Source of the DNA: an uncultured bacterium
GTDB lineage: Bacteria > JAGOEH01
Assembly (NCBI GenBank): GCA_964632485.1
Contig: CAZWDO010000004.1
Location: forward strand, 1-64,000
DNA: 64,000 nt
Direction of reading: 5' to 3'
Shown here: positions 9,419 to 20,545 of the stretch, piece by piece
Layout of the letters: each line of letters begins with the position of its first letter
Numbering within the stretch: the stretch's first letter is position 1
Program-made: the position numbers and the translations under genes
Notes under the pieces: model-generated
The model's database searches: none
What the model saw: the letters and a program-made list of their open reading frames with translations, nothing else
What the model was told of the DNA's origin: nothing

Positions 9419-12400
9419 GATAGACCTCCTCGGTAGCGGAGACAGTTTCCATATCCATTTCTTCAAACAGACGCATCCGCTCCAGCGACCGTTTATAATC
9501 GATGGGGAATACTTTTACAAACAAGGGCAGTTCTGAATCCCAGTTATCCAGGATCATGCGGGCGCGAGCGCTTTGCGTATAGCTCCAATGTTTTTCCAGA
9601 AGCGAACGCAATTCGTTTTTATCGCTTGCGTTCCATACTGATTCGAGATCGACCATATCAAGATTGCATCGGGTGTCGAATAGTTGGGAATCGTCGTAGA
9701 TATAAGCGATGCCGCCACTCATGCCAGCGGCGAAATTATTGCCCACCGGCCCGATCACTACGACAATGCCTCCGGTCATATATTCGCAGCCATGATCGCC
9801 TACGCCTTCGACGACCGCCCGCGCGCCGCTGTTGCGGACAGCAAAGCGTTCGCCGGCCTGTCCATTGATGAACACGTCGCCTGATGTGGCGCCATAAAGC
9901 GCGACATTCCCGGCGATAATGTTCATGTGCGGTAGAAACGTACTTCCCTGGGGCGGTTTCAGGATAATTTTCCCGCCACCCATGCTTTTGCCCATATAAT
10001 CGTTCACGCCGCCTTCCAGATAAAGCGTCATCCCCGGCGACAGAAAGGCCCCGTAACTCTGGCCGGCATATCCCCGGAAATTAAAGGTCAGCGTATCTTC
10101 CGGCAGACCTGCCGAGCCAAAACGGCGCGTAATCTCGTAACTGGTCCGAGCTCCGATCGTCCGGTAAACATTGCGAATATCCCGTTCAATGGTAACGGGT
10201 TCCCCTCGCTCAAGAGCCGGGCTGATTTGCGACAGCCACTCTTCATCCAATGTTGTTTCACGAAATGGATGGATGGCCGTATTGGCCTGAACAGTGGATT
10301 TCCCGTCGAGTTGCGAACATAATATGCCCGAAAGATCAAGCGTTGAGGTTTTCGGTTGGTTCATGGATGGGCGGAATTCCAGCAATTCGCTATGACCCAC
10401 CATTTCTGCCAGGCTGCGAAATCCCAACATCGCCATATATTCCCGCAACTCCATGGCAAGAAACGTCAGGTAACGCGTGATATATTCCACTTTACCCCGG
10501 AAACGTTTCCGCAGTTCAGGGTCCTGGGTGGCGATTCCGGCGCTGCAGGTATTCAAATGGCATTTGCGCAGCAAAACACACCCCAGATTAACCAGTAAAG
10601 AGGTTCCGAACCCGAACTCCTCAGCTCCGAGCAGGGTAGCAATCGCCAGGTCACGCCCAGTTTTCAACTGGCCATCCACTTGTAAAATAATCCGGTCACG
10701 CAATCCATTTTGAATGAGCGACTGGTGGGCTTCGGTCAATCCCATCTCCCAGGGAATGCCAGCATGTTTGATGGCGGTCAGGGGCGATGCCCCGGTTCCG
10801 CCGTCGTACCCGGAAATCAACGCGCGATCGGCCTTAGCCTTGGCGACGCCCGAGGCAATAGGGCCGAGACCCGCCATAGATACCAGTTTCACCGAGACTT
10901 CAGCCTGAGGATTAATCGCGCGTAAATCGAAAATTAACTGCGCAATATCTTCAATTGAATAAATATCATGATGCGGAGGGGGCGAAATCAGGGTAACTCC
11001 CGGCGTTGTGTGCCTCACACGGGCAATATCAGCGGTCACTTTGTGGCCGGGCAATTGGCCTCCCTCGCCGGGTTTGGCGCCCTGAGCGATTTTTATCTGC
11101 AATTCATCCGCCTGAACCAGATACTCAGGCGTGATACCGAAACGTCCCGAAGCAATCTGCTTAATGCGGGAGCGTTTACTGCTGCCGTCCGCTAATAGTT
11201 GAAACCGGGCCGGGTCTTCCCCGCCTTCCCCTGAGTTGCTTTTCGCGCCCAATTGATTCATCGCCAGGGCAATTGTTTCATGCGCTTCCTTACTGATGGA
11301 GCCGTAAGACATCGCCGCGGCGGCAAACCGTTTCACTATCATCTCTACGGGCTCCACTTCTTCTAAAGGAACCGGGACGGTTTCTCTGAAAAATAACAGA
11401 CTCCGCAGAAGATTGGATTGATTGGCTGTTTCGTTCACTTCCCGCGTATATTCCTTAAACAGTGAATAATCATCGGCGCGAGTCGATAATTGCAATTTAC
11501 GAATCACATCCGGCGACCACAAGTGATTTTCCCCACCGTGTTTGTATTGGTACATCCCGCCCAGATCGAGCAAAAGTTTCGGCATCTCCCGTTCAGGGAA
11601 TCCCCGTTGATGAAATTGCCTGACTTCCCGGGCAATTCCGTTCAGATCGAGTCCGCCGATGCGCGAAACAGTTCCCGTAAAATAAGCGCGGCAGACAGAT
11701 TCGTCAATGCCAATCGCTTCAAAGGGCTGCGAGCTGAAAAAACTGTGCAGTGTCGAAATACCCAGGCGGCTCATGGTTTTCAAAAGACCCTTTTTAAGGG
11801 CGATTATATAGGAATCAACGGCTTTCTCAGCTTCCGTCTGTCCCTCCAGCATTCCCGTACGCGCTAAATGGCTGATCGCCGCGTATGCCAGGTACGGACA
11901 AATGGCATCCGCGCCATAACTGACCAGCAAGGCGCAGTGCATGACTTCCCGCGCCCAGCCACTCTCAACAATAATGCTGCAAGAATTACGCAACCCTTTT
12001 TCCGTTAAATACAGATGAAGCCCGGAGACCGCCAGTAGAATGGGAATCGGCGCCTGTGAAACTGTAATTCCGCGATCGGTCAACACCAGAAGTGAACTGC
12101 CCTGGCGTACCGAGAGTTCAGCCTGTTCAAACAGGGTCTCCAAAGCTGCCTTTAACGATTTCCCTTCACCGCCGACTTCAAAGATAGTCGCGATTTGCCG
12201 CGCGCTGAAGCGGGGATGATTGGCTTCAAGCAACCGATTGAGATCGTCCGGAGTCAACAGCGGGTGTTTGAGTTTAAATCCGTAAAAATGCCCAGGGGTT
12301 TCCTCCAGCAGGCTTCCTTCGCCGCCGACAAAGCTTTCCAGCGACATCACCAATTCTTCCCGCAGGGGATCGATCGGCGGATTGGTTACCTGCGCAAATT

Positions 12401-13952
12401 TTTGCTTAAAATAATTAAAAAAAAGCTGGGGCCGTTCTGAAAGTATAGCCAATGGCGTATCATTGCCCATTGAGCCCACCGCTTCCTGCCCATTGACAGC
12501 CATGGGCGCGATGATGGTTTTTAAATCTTCCTCAGTATAGCCAAAAGCGTGCAGTTTAATATACAATTCCCGGTCATCCATCTCCGGAATTATAGACGGG
12601 GCAAATAGTCCCCGGAGTTGGATCTGATTATCCCGCACCCAGCGCCGATAGGGTTTCTGCCGTGATATTTTCGCTTTTGTTTCCTTATCAGGCACAATTC
12701 GTTTCTGGTCATGGTCCACCAATAGCATCCGGCCGGGACGCAACCGATCCTGGATTTGGATACGTTTTGGTTCGATATCCAACGTCCCGGTTTCCGACGC
12801 CAGAACTATTAAGCCATCATGGGTAATCGTGTAACGCGCCGGACGCAACCCATTGCGATCGAGAATTCCCCCTGTGTAACGGCCATCGGCAAAAACCATG
12901 GCCGCCGGCCCGTCCCACGGCTCCATCAATGCCGAATGATATTCATAAAAGGCCCGTTTATCTTCGCTCATGGTGATTTTGGGGCCAAATGCTTCGGGAA
13001 TCATCATCATCATGGCATGGGGCAGAGAGCGGCCGCCCATGGCCAACAGTTCCAGCACATTGTCAAAAATCGATGAATCACTGCCGTCACTCACTATCAC
13101 CGGTTTAATTTTCTCGATATCGTCCCCGAACAAGTCTGATTTCAATAATGATTCCCGGATACGAATCCGGTTGATGTTAGCGGTTAAGGTATTGATCTCC
13201 CCGTTATGCGCTACGAAACGAAACGGCTGGGCCAATTTCCAGGCCGGCAGCGTATTGGTGCTGTAACGCTGGTGGACGACAGCGACCGGGCTGGCCAGGC
13301 GGGTATCGGAAAAATCCCGATAATATTGCGCTAATTGCTGCGCCGTCATCAATCCTTTATAAACGATTTTATGCGATGAAAATGAGGATATATAAAAATC
13401 AACGGGGGTGGGATTCCAGGAGCTAATCTCTTTCTCAATCAAACGACGAATGACGTATAATTTCCGTTCGAAATTAGCGGGTAGAATCGCGGCTCGATGG
13501 ACAATCATCTGCATAATTACCGGTTCAGTAGAAAGCGCAAAAGCGCCCAAAACCGACGAATTAGCCGGTACAGCGCGCCAGCCCAACACGCGCCCGCCCT
13601 CAGCCTCCGTCGTTCGCTCCATAACAGCGCGGCATCGTTCCTTCAAAGCGCGATCCCGCGGGAAAAAAGTCATGGCGACCGCGTAATCCCCGGGTTGCGG
13701 CAGTTCAATCGATTCAACGAGCAGTATTTCCCGCAAAAATACGTGAGGAATCCGAAACAAAATACCAGCGCCGTCGCCAGTGGCTTTGTCGCCCGCAACC
13801 GCTCCACGGTGCTCCAGATGGGCCAGCACTATCAACGCCTGCGCGAGGATGGAATGGTCAGCCTGCCCTGATAAATCAGCCACAAACCCCACGCCACAGC
13901 CATCCCGCTCATTTTCCCCGCGCAACATGTTCTTATGATTACCTGAAAACAT
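9411..13952 (-). CDS. gltB: Glutamate synthase large subunit
   Basis: DGCGVGF Ntn cysteine, HQRYSTNT, HNGEIN, EPWDGPA, KIAQGAKPGEGGQLPG, C..LRKCHLNTC, GXGXG domain. Confidence 0.98.
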   Translation of the reverse strand: MFSGNHKNMLRGENERDGCGVGFVADLSGQADHSILAQALIVLAHLEHRGAVAGDKATGDGAGILFRIPHVFLREILLVESIELPQPGDYAVAMTFFPRDRALKERCRAVMERTTEAEGGRVLGWRAVPANSSVLGAFALSTEPVIMQMIVHRAAILPANFERKLYVIRRLIEKEISSWNPTPVDFYISSFSSHKIVYKGLMTAQQLAQYYRDFSDTRLASPVAVVHQRYSTNTLPAWKLAQPFRFVAHNGEINTLTANINRIRIRESLLKSDLFGDDIEKIKPVIVSDGSDSSIFDNVLELLAMGGRSLPHAMMMMIPEAFGPKITMSEDKRAFYEYHSALMEPWDGPAAMVFADGRYTGGILDRNGLRPARYTITHDGLIVLASETGTLDIEPKRIQIQDRLRPGRMLLVDHDQKRIVPDKETKAKISRQKPYRRWVRDNQIQLRGLFAPSIIPEMDDRELYIKLHAFGYTEEDLKTIIAPMAVNGQEAVGSMGNDTPLAILSERPQLFFNYFKQKFAQVTNPPIDPLREELVMSLESFVGGEGSLLEETPGHFYGFKLKHPLLTPDDLNRLLEANHPRFSARQIATIFEVGGEGKSLKAALETLFEQAELSVRQGSSLLVLTDRGITVSQAPIPILLAVSGLHLYLTEKGLRNSCSIIVESGWAREVMHCALLVSYGADAICPYLAYAAISHLARTGMLEGQTEAEKAVDSYIIALKKGLLKTMSRLGISTLHSFFSSQPFEAIGIDESVCRAYFTGTVSRIGGLDLNGIAREVRQFHQRGFPEREMPKLLLDLGGMYQYKHGGENHLWSPDVIRKLQLSTRADDYSLFKEYTREVNETANQSNLLRSLLFFRETVPVPLEEVEPVEMIVKRFAAAAMSYGSISKEAHETIALAMNQLGAKSNSGEGGEDPARFQLLADGSSKRSRIKQIASGRFGITPEYLVQADELQIKIAQGAKPGEGGQLPGHKVTADIARVRHTTPGVTLISPPPHHDIYSIEDIAQLIFDLRAINPQAEVSVKLVSMAGLGPIASGVAKAKADRALISGYDGGTGASPLTAIKHAGIPWEMGLTEAHQSLIQNGLRDRIILQVDGQLKTGRDLAIATLLGAEEFGFGTSLLVNLGCVLLRKCHLNTCSAGIATQDPELRKRFRGKVEYITRYLTFLAMELREYMAMLGFRSLAEMVGHSELLEFRPSMNQPKTSTLDLSGILCSQLDGKSTVQANTAIHPFRETTLDEEWLSQISPALERGEPVTIERDIRNVYRTIGARTSYEITRRFGSAGLPEDTLTFNFRGYAGQSYGAFLSPGMTLYLEGGVNDYMGKSMGGGKIILKPPQGSTFLPHMNIIAGNVALYGATSGDVFINGQAGERFAVRNSGARAVVEGVGDHGCEYMTGGIVVVIGPVGNNFAAGMSGGIAYIYDDSQLFDTRCNLDMVDLESVWNASDKNELRSLLEKHWSYTQSARARMILDNWDSELPLFVKVFPIDYKRSLERMRLFEEMDMETVSATEEVYHG

Positions 13953-14228
13953 CGGTTCTGTCCTTGTTAAAATTCATCCCACTGATAATCCAATATTCGG
14001 CCCTTCACTTTGCGAAAAATTCACTGCTATGCGCGCTTTTTTTATTCGATTAGTATTAACCGAATAAACCTCCTCTTTAATGTAAAAAATCTCTTATATT
14101 TAATCATTTTTTGATGAGTTGTCAATAGTTTTTTTTACTGCCTCATATCCTGCTTTTTTGAGAATTTAAAAATACATATATTGCAAGGAAAGAAAGATTA
14201 CAAGAGTGAATAGGATTAAAACAGAGAT

Positions 14229-16310
14229 TTAGTTGGTATTCAAATCGAAATCGTTGATATTCCGTTTTTGTTTCGCAGGTTGATTATGCTGGACATTACA
14301 TGGAGTCGGAATATTAGAAATTAAAAAGTACTCGCTATAGACGCTGGGGCAATCGGGCCTGGCAATCAGATGGGATTCTTTGCAAACATTTTTTTGAACA
14401 ATGCTATCCGGTATAATAAAGGATACTGACTTATAATCCTGATGAATTCGCTTCATTAATCGCGTCCATATCGGAACAGCGGCATCGGAACCGGTCATCC
14501 CCCGTCCGAGTGAACTGTTATTGTCCTTACCGACCCAGATACCGCATACAATATACGGAGAATATCCGACAAACCAGGCATCGGTATAATCATTGGTTGT
14601 ACCGGTTTTGCCGGCCAAAGCCGGGAAGTTGAAGCCGTTGGAACGGATCGAAAAAGCTGTTCCGTGATTAACGACATCCTGTAGCATCGAATTGACAAGA
14701 TAGGCGACACCCGGTCGGATGCACAGTTTCTTGCGTGACGGCAAGGGATTGGAATATACCAGATTGCCGTTGCGATCCGTAATCGAGGAGATATAGATCG
14801 GGTCCAGCCGGTATCCGTTAGTGGCAAAAGGGATATAAGCGGCGACTAATTCTCCCAGATTCACTTCAGAAGTGCCCACTGCCAATGAGGCATACGGTTT
14901 CAAGGGACTTTGGATTCCCACTAATTGAGCGAAACTGATAACGGCAGAAGGGAGCACCTTGCCAATCAAACGGATGGCGATTAAATTTTTAGATAGCTTC
15001 AAGCCGTTGCGCAGCGTCATAAACCCGCCGGTTTGCCGATCATAGTTTTGAGGTACCCAAAGTTCGTTTTCACTGATTGACACCGCTAAGGGCTGGTCCA
15101 AAATCAACGACGCCGGAGTGAACCCCTGGTCGATGGCGGCGGCATAGAGGAACGGTTTGAAGGAAGAACCGGGTTGCCGCTGGGCCTGCAACGCCCGGTT
15201 AAGTTCACTATAACTGAAATCACGGCCTCCGACCATGGCCAAAACGCGACCCGTTGAAATCTCTACAACAACACATGCAGCCTGAATGACTTCAGCCTTG
15301 AGGGAATCAGGCAGGGCATCTATTCCCACATCGCTCAGCAAATCCAGATCCATGTTGGGAGTCAGTTTTTTCTGCAACAAATTTAAGGAATAATTGATGA
15401 TTGAATCCGCCCAGAACTGGTACTGGCTGTTCATCGTCAAATTAACCCGCAGTCCGCCTTTATAAAGGTTATCGTATCCAAACTGATTGAGAACAAAACG
15501 GCGGGCATGTTCAACATAGTAAGGTCCGATTTTACTTTTACGGGACGAGATCATTGTCGGCAAAGGCTCATTCAGGGCTTGCTTTAAAGAAAGCTGGTTA
15601 ATAAAACGGTTCTGAAACATGAGGTAAAGGACCATGTTCCGGCGTTTCAGAATGCGTCCCTGGTAACGTGCCGGGTTATAGTCGCCGGGGGAACGGATCA
15701 CGGCCGCCAACAAAGCCGCTTCAGCCAGTGTGAGTCGGCTTAACGGCTTGTCAAAATAGTATTGGGTTGCCTTTTTCGCCCCCCAGATACCCGGGCCCAT
15801 ATAGATGTGGTTGAGATACATCTGCAAAATTTCATCTTTACTGTAATAACGTTCGATCTGAATAGCCGTCAGCATCTCACGGATTTTGCGTTTCACATCT
15901 TTTTTTTGATTCAGAAACAGGTTGCGGGCCAATTGCTGAGTGATGGTGCTCGCGCCTTCCGCCATACTCATTGAACTGAGATTGACAAAAATGGCTTTGG
16001 TAAATCGGATCAGATCGATTCCCCAATGATGATAAAAACGGCGGTCCTCAATTGAGATGACGGCCTGGATCAAGGGCTTGGGGATTTCACGGAAGTCTGC
16101 CAACAGGCGTTTTTCATTGGAAAACTCGGCAATACACAGGGAATCCATGCTATAGATTGAGGTGGCTTCTGCTTGTTCAATATTTTCCAATTCATAGAGA
16201 TCCGGAATTTGCAGGGACAAGGAATAGACAAATGAAGCAGCCATTCCCAGTAGAATTCCTACCAGGGCGATTGATAAAACCAGCCAGATATTGAGTCGAA
16301 TTTTATTCAT
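14229..16310 (-). CDS. Penicillin-binding protein 1A family (transglycosylase/transpeptidase)
   Basis: EDRRFYHHWG, GASTITQQL, RKIRE; SSFK, SKN and KTGT motifs. Confidence 0.95.
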   Translation of the reverse strand: MNKIRLNIWLVLSIALVGILLGMAASFVYSLSLQIPDLYELENIEQAEATSIYSMDSLCIAEFSNEKRLLADFREIPKPLIQAVISIEDRRFYHHWGIDLIRFTKAIFVNLSSMSMAEGASTITQQLARNLFLNQKKDVKRKIREMLTAIQIERYYSKDEILQMYLNHIYMGPGIWGAKKATQYYFDKPLSRLTLAEAALLAAVIRSPGDYNPARYQGRILKRRNMVLYLMFQNRFINQLSLKQALNEPLPTMISSRKSKIGPYYVEHARRFVLNQFGYDNLYKGGLRVNLTMNSQYQFWADSIINYSLNLLQKKLTPNMDLDLLSDVGIDALPDSLKAEVIQAACVVVEISTGRVLAMVGGRDFSYSELNRALQAQRQPGSSFKPFLYAAAIDQGFTPASLILDQPLAVSISENELWVPQNYDRQTGGFMTLRNGLKLSKNLIAIRLIGKVLPSAVISFAQLVGIQSPLKPYASLAVGTSEVNLGELVAAYIPFATNGYRLDPIYISSITDRNGNLVYSNPLPSRKKLCIRPGVAYLVNSMLQDVVNHGTAFSIRSNGFNFPALAGKTGTTNDYTDAWFVGYSPYIVCGIWVGKDNNSSLGRGMTGSDAAVPIWTRLMKRIHQDYKSVSFIIPDSIVQKNVCKESHLIARPDCPSVYSEYFLISNIPTPCNVQHNQPAKQKRNINDFDLNTN

Positions 16311-16917
16311 TTTTCATTTCGTTGAAACGGGTTTCAATGAGAGACCAGGCCACAGGCCCGCTACGGATAAGGGCAGGCGTTTTGGATTGACAGTCGATAA
16401 CAGTGGATGGAAGCGCGCGTGGTAATTGCCCGTTATCCACTATCAGCGCCACGGCATTCAGTTCATCTTTCACAAATTGGCGCGCCAGCTCCCGAAGATC
16501 ATAGATTTCATTCAAGCCATGCTTATTGACGCTGGTGGCTGTTACCGGAAAATCGATAAGTTCGAACAAATCACGCCAGAAAGGATGCGGGGATTGACGC
16601 ATGGCAATTGTCGAAACTCCCTGGTTCAATTGAGAGGGGAAGGGGTAATCGGTTGGCAGCGCCATCGTCAGAGGGCCGGGCCAAAACTCAGCCATCAAAT
16701 CATGGTAAAAGGGTTCCACGCGCGCCAATCGACAGGCCATGGCGGCATCTTTTACCAGTAAACCGATGGGATGCCCATCCCGCGCTTTCAAATGCTGAAT
16801 CGTTTCCACAGCGGCCGGCTCCAGCGCGTTAGCGGCGAAAGCATAGCAGGTTTCGGTCGGAGCGATAATAATTTGACCACGAATCAACAGACGCGCATAA
16901 TATGAGGCCTCAAACAT
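16303..16917 (-). CDS. tsaC: L-threonylcarbamoyladenylate synthase (Sua5/YrdC)
   Basis: PTETCYA, LKAR, FWPGPLT, ATSVN, PSTVID; start taken at ATG 16917 overlapping the lgt stop. Confidence 0.88.
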   Translation of the reverse strand: MFEASYYARLLIRGQIIIAPTETCYAFAANALEPAAVETIQHLKARDGHPIGLLVKDAAMACRLARVEPFYHDLMAEFWPGPLTMALPTDYPFPSQLNQGVSTIAMRQSPHPFWRDLFELIDFPVTATSVNKHGLNEIYDLRELARQFVKDELNAVALIVDNGQLPRALPSTVIDCQSKTPALIRSGPVAWSLIETRFNEMKNE

Positions 16918-17731
16918 TCGACGGGACCTGCAATCCGGGCTTTTTTTTGAATTGGACAATCATTATTATACCAAAAATCGCTAACAAGACTGCCACCCCC
17001 TGGTTCATAGTCAAATCAAAACTTTCTCCGCGGTAAAGATACATTGCGTCTTCATAATAGCGTATAAACTCGATGGAAAAGCGAAACAGAGCATAAACTA
17101 CAATCCAGGTCCAAAAGGTCTGGCCATACACTTTTTTATGTTTATCGATCCATATTAACGCTGGAAACAGGAGAAAGTTAAAAGCGCTGGAATAGAGCTG
17201 GGTGGGATGAATGGCATGATCATGAAAAATTTCCCCCGGAATCGAATCATGCGGGAAATTCATTCCCAGAATGCAATCCGTGCTGTTGCCGAAACAACAC
17301 CCGTTCAGAAAACAACCGATACGCGTGATCGCCGTTCCCAACGCCAGATACGGGATGAGGATATCAGAAATTTTCCAGATAGGCAATTGATGTTTCCACA
17401 TATAAATCATTCCAAAAGCAATGGCGAAGATCACGCCGCCATACATATTCATTCCTGCGATCCCGACCAGGTGGCCATCCTGGAAAGGATTGAATATGGC
17501 TGTTAGATTATGGGCGAATTCATCCAAATGGAAAAAGACATAAAACAAACGCGCGCCGATAATCGCGCCCAGCATCAACCATACAGACAGGTCATAGATA
17601 AATTTGGCTTCAATACCATATTTTTCGGCGCGCCGGCTGCCTAACAAGATTCCGACTAAAAAAGAGAGCGCGAGCATAAATCCATAGGAACGTATTTCCA
17701 GTGGACCGATTCTAAATAAAATGGGATACAT
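16910..17731 (-). CDS. lgt: Prolipoprotein diacylglyceryl transferase
   Basis: IGARLFYV, YGG, RIGCFLNGCCFG, HPTQLY, RFSIEFIR. Confidence 0.95.
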   Translation of the reverse strand: MYPILFRIGPLEIRSYGFMLALSFLVGILLGSRRAEKYGIEAKFIYDLSVWLMLGAIIGARLFYVFFHLDEFAHNLTAIFNPFQDGHLVGIAGMNMYGGVIFAIAFGMIYMWKHQLPIWKISDILIPYLALGTAITRIGCFLNGCCFGNSTDCILGMNFPHDSIPGEIFHDHAIHPTQLYSSAFNFLLFPALIWIDKHKKVYGQTFWTWIVVYALFRFSIEFIRYYEDAMYLYRGESFDLTMNQGVAVLLAIFGIIMIVQFKKKPGLQVPSNV

Positions 17732-17744
17732 AGACTTCCTTTAC

Positions 17745-19169
17745 TTACCAGTGAATTTTAAGATTTTTAGCGGCCAATGCTTCGTTCAGGCGCTTCAACG
17801 GGGCGCAATGAGGCGCATGTTTCAGCATCTCGGGATCTTCCGATACGATTTTTGTTAACGCATCCGTAAAAGCGTCAAGTGTTTCTTTACTTTCGGTTTC
17901 TGTCGGTTCGATCATCATGGCTTCAGGCACAATCAAAGGGAAATAGATAGTGGGGGCATGAAATCCATAATCCAGCAACCGTTTAGCGATATGAGTCGTT
18001 TTAATATCCCGCTCTTTGAGATTTCGGCTTGAAAGCACGAATTCATGCATACAATCGGCGGGATAGGGCAAATCAAAGAGCGGTTCTAATTTACGCATCA
18101 GATAATTAGCATTGATAATGGCACGCTGGCTGACCTTTTTAAGTCCCTGGGCGCCCAAAATACGAATATAGCACCAGGCCCGCGCCATTACTCCGAAATT
18201 GCCCCAAAAATTCATCAATTTGCCGATGGAAAGCGGGATATCGAAATCCAACCGATAGACATCATTTTCCTTGCGCGCCACGGGAACCGGCAGATATGGA
18301 GAAAGCAGGCCTTTAACGCCCAGAGCGCCGGCGCCGGGTCCCCCACCCCCATGAGGTGTAGCAAAGGTCTTATGTAAATTATAATGCACTATATCAAATC
18401 CCATATCTCCCGGACGGACAATGCCCAGCAACGCATTCAGATTCGCGCCGTCCATATAGAGCAACGCCTCGTTTTGATGCGCAATGGCAGCTATTTCGCC
18501 AATCTGCCGCTCAAAAAGCCCCAGGGTATTGGGATTGGTAATCATAAACATGGCTGTTCGTGGGGAAATCGCTTTTTTCAGTTCCTCCAGATCAACCAGT
18601 CCATCGGGCCGCGATTTGATTTCCACGACCTTGTAACCGGCCATAATTACGGAAGCGGGATTGGTTCCGTGGGCGGAATCCGGTAATATGACTTCGGTTT
18701 TTTCTAAGCCTTTATCTTTAAAATAAGCGCGCGCCAGTAACAAAGCGGTAAATTCACCCTGGGCGCCAGCCGCCGGTTGCAAGGTGATATCGTCCATTCC
18801 ACCGATTTCTTTCAGGTACTCGCCTAATTCATACATCACACGTAGCGGCGCCTGGACCGTTTCCGCCGGTTGCAACGGATGAAACGATTTAAAAAGCTGC
18901 GCCATTGCATCATTAATTTTAGGATTATACTTCATGGTACAAGAACCCAGTGGATAGAATCCTTTATCCAGGTGGTAGTTTTTATTGGATAACGCGATAA
19001 AATGACGGACGACCTCCCCCTCGCTAATCTGGGGCAAATCGGGTTTCCGTTCATCCAATAATTCAGCGGGAATCAAAGAATCAAGAGGCGCGAATGGAAT
19101 ATCAGATATGCCGATCTTAACACCCTGAGTTCCAGGTTTGCTCAATTTATTTAATAACTTATCGTACAT
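17745..19169 (-). CDS. gcvPB: Glycine dehydrogenase subunit 2
   Basis: YPLGSCTMKYNP, SAHGTNPAS, NLHKTFATPHGGGGPG, MIEPTETES. Confidence 0.97.
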   Translation of the reverse strand: MYDKLLNKLSKPGTQGVKIGISDIPFAPLDSLIPAELLDERKPDLPQISEGEVVRHFIALSNKNYHLDKGFYPLGSCTMKYNPKINDAMAQLFKSFHPLQPAETVQAPLRVMYELGEYLKEIGGMDDITLQPAAGAQGEFTALLLARAYFKDKGLEKTEVILPDSAHGTNPASVIMAGYKVVEIKSRPDGLVDLEELKKAISPRTAMFMITNPNTLGLFERQIGEIAAIAHQNEALLYMDGANLNALLGIVRPGDMGFDIVHYNLHKTFATPHGGGGPGAGALGVKGLLSPYLPVPVARKENDVYRLDFDIPLSIGKLMNFWGNFGVMARAWCYIRILGAQGLKKVSQRAIINANYLMRKLEPLFDLPYPADCMHEFVLSSRNLKERDIKTTHIAKRLLDYGFHAPTIYFPLIVPEAMMIEPTETESKETLDAFTDALTKIVSEDPEMLKHAPHCAPLKRLNEALAAKNLKIHW

Positions 19170-19184
19170 GGAAAGCCTCCTGCC

Positions 19185-20519
19185 TCAGCGGGCAAATTGT
19201 TTTAACAATTCCAATAAACGCTCAATGTCCGCTCGATTGCGTTTTTCAGTAACCGCTATCATCAATTGATTTTCACGTTCCTTACCGGGCAAACAGATTC
19301 CGGGCAATATCCCTTGCTGAACGCCGGCCCGGATAATCGTTTCAGCCATGACGGGAGTTTCCACCACGAACTCATTAAAAAACGGATGGTTGTTAAGGAG
19401 CTGATAACCGGGCAAGCGGGTGATTTCATTGGCCAGGTAATGGCTTTTTTGAGCAGATTGGTTTGCCATCTGATAGATTCCCTCACTGCCCATGGCGGCT
19501 AAAAAAATAGTGGAAATCAGGGCGTTTAACGCCTGGGCCGTACAAATATTGGAAGTGGCTTTCGCCCGTCGAATATGCTGTTCGCGGGTTTGCAAGGTAG
19601 TCACAAAACCCATCCGCCCATCGGTATCTTCGGTAATACCGGCGATTCGGCCCGGCATGTGGCGGATATACTCCTTGCGGGCGGCGAATATACCGCAAGT
19701 GGGCCCGCCAAAATAGATGCCGTTCCCCAATGATTGTCCATCACTTATAAAAATATCCACTCCCAGCGCTCCCGGTTTCTTTAAAATACCCAGCGCGATG
19801 GGTTGCGAATTCAAAATCAATAAAATCGGACGCAGCAATTTTTCCCGTATTCGCTGAACCCATTCTATCGTACCGTAATAATTCGGTGATTGGACGACAA
19901 TGGCGGCAATCGAGTCTAATGGATACCCGTTTAAGGATTCCGGATCAAGGGCGCCATCTTTCAAGGGAACTGCCTCAATAGGAATTTTCAGTCCGTAATT
20001 GTAGGTGTCGATCACTTTTTTAATATGGGGATGCAATCCTTCACTCACCAAAATCCGTTTTCCGGGATGAATGCGAGCCGCCATCAGTACCGCTTCCGCT
20101 GTCGCTGATGCCCCATCATACATGGAAGCATTGGCCGCTTCCATTTGGGTTAAATCACAAATCAATGATTGAAATTCAAAATAAAACTGGAGAGTACCCT
20201 GGCTGACCTCAGGCTGATAAGGGGTGTAAGCGGTGTAAAATTCCGAACGGGAGCTTAAAAATGGCGCGACCGCCGGGACAAAATGGTCATAAACTCCGCC
20301 GCCGGCAAAGCAGATCAGCCGATTGCAACACGCTGACTGCTGTAGGGAACGGTTCAATACTTCTTCCAACTCGTATTCAGCCAACGGCTCCGGAAGATTC
20401 AAATCCCGGTTCAGGCGGAATTGAGCGGGGATGTACTGTATCAGTTCTTCAAACGACTCTTTTCCGATCACCTTCAGCATTTCAGTGAGGGTTTGCGAAT
20501 TGTCAGGCAAATACGGCAT
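19185..20519 (-). CDS. gcvPA: Glycine dehydrogenase subunit 1
   Basis: FYTAYTPYQPEVSQG, NASMYDGA, LQTREQHIRRAKATSNICT. Confidence 0.97.
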   Translation of the reverse strand: MPYLPDNSQTLTEMLKVIGKESFEELIQYIPAQFRLNRDLNLPEPLAEYELEEVLNRSLQQSACCNRLICFAGGGVYDHFVPAVAPFLSSRSEFYTAYTPYQPEVSQGTLQFYFEFQSLICDLTQMEAANASMYDGASATAEAVLMAARIHPGKRILVSEGLHPHIKKVIDTYNYGLKIPIEAVPLKDGALDPESLNGYPLDSIAAIVVQSPNYYGTIEWVQRIREKLLRPILLILNSQPIALGILKKPGALGVDIFISDGQSLGNGIYFGGPTCGIFAARKEYIRHMPGRIAGITEDTDGRMGFVTTLQTREQHIRRAKATSNICTAQALNALISTIFLAAMGSEGIYQMANQSAQKSHYLANEITRLPGYQLLNNHPFFNEFVVETPVMAETIIRAGVQQGILPGICLPGKERENQLMIAVTEKRNRADIERLLELLKQFAR

Positions 20520-20545
20520 AGAACAACTCCTTGTTAATAACCGTT

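Noticed and set aside
8221-13871. Many 60-150 aa ORFs overlapping gltBD (and similar ones across the window)
   Set aside because: Shadow frames of well-supported genes, with no recognisable motifs.
17745-20519. gcvPA/PB without gcvT/gcvH
   Set aside because: Split gcv loci are common; not informative without the rest of the genome.
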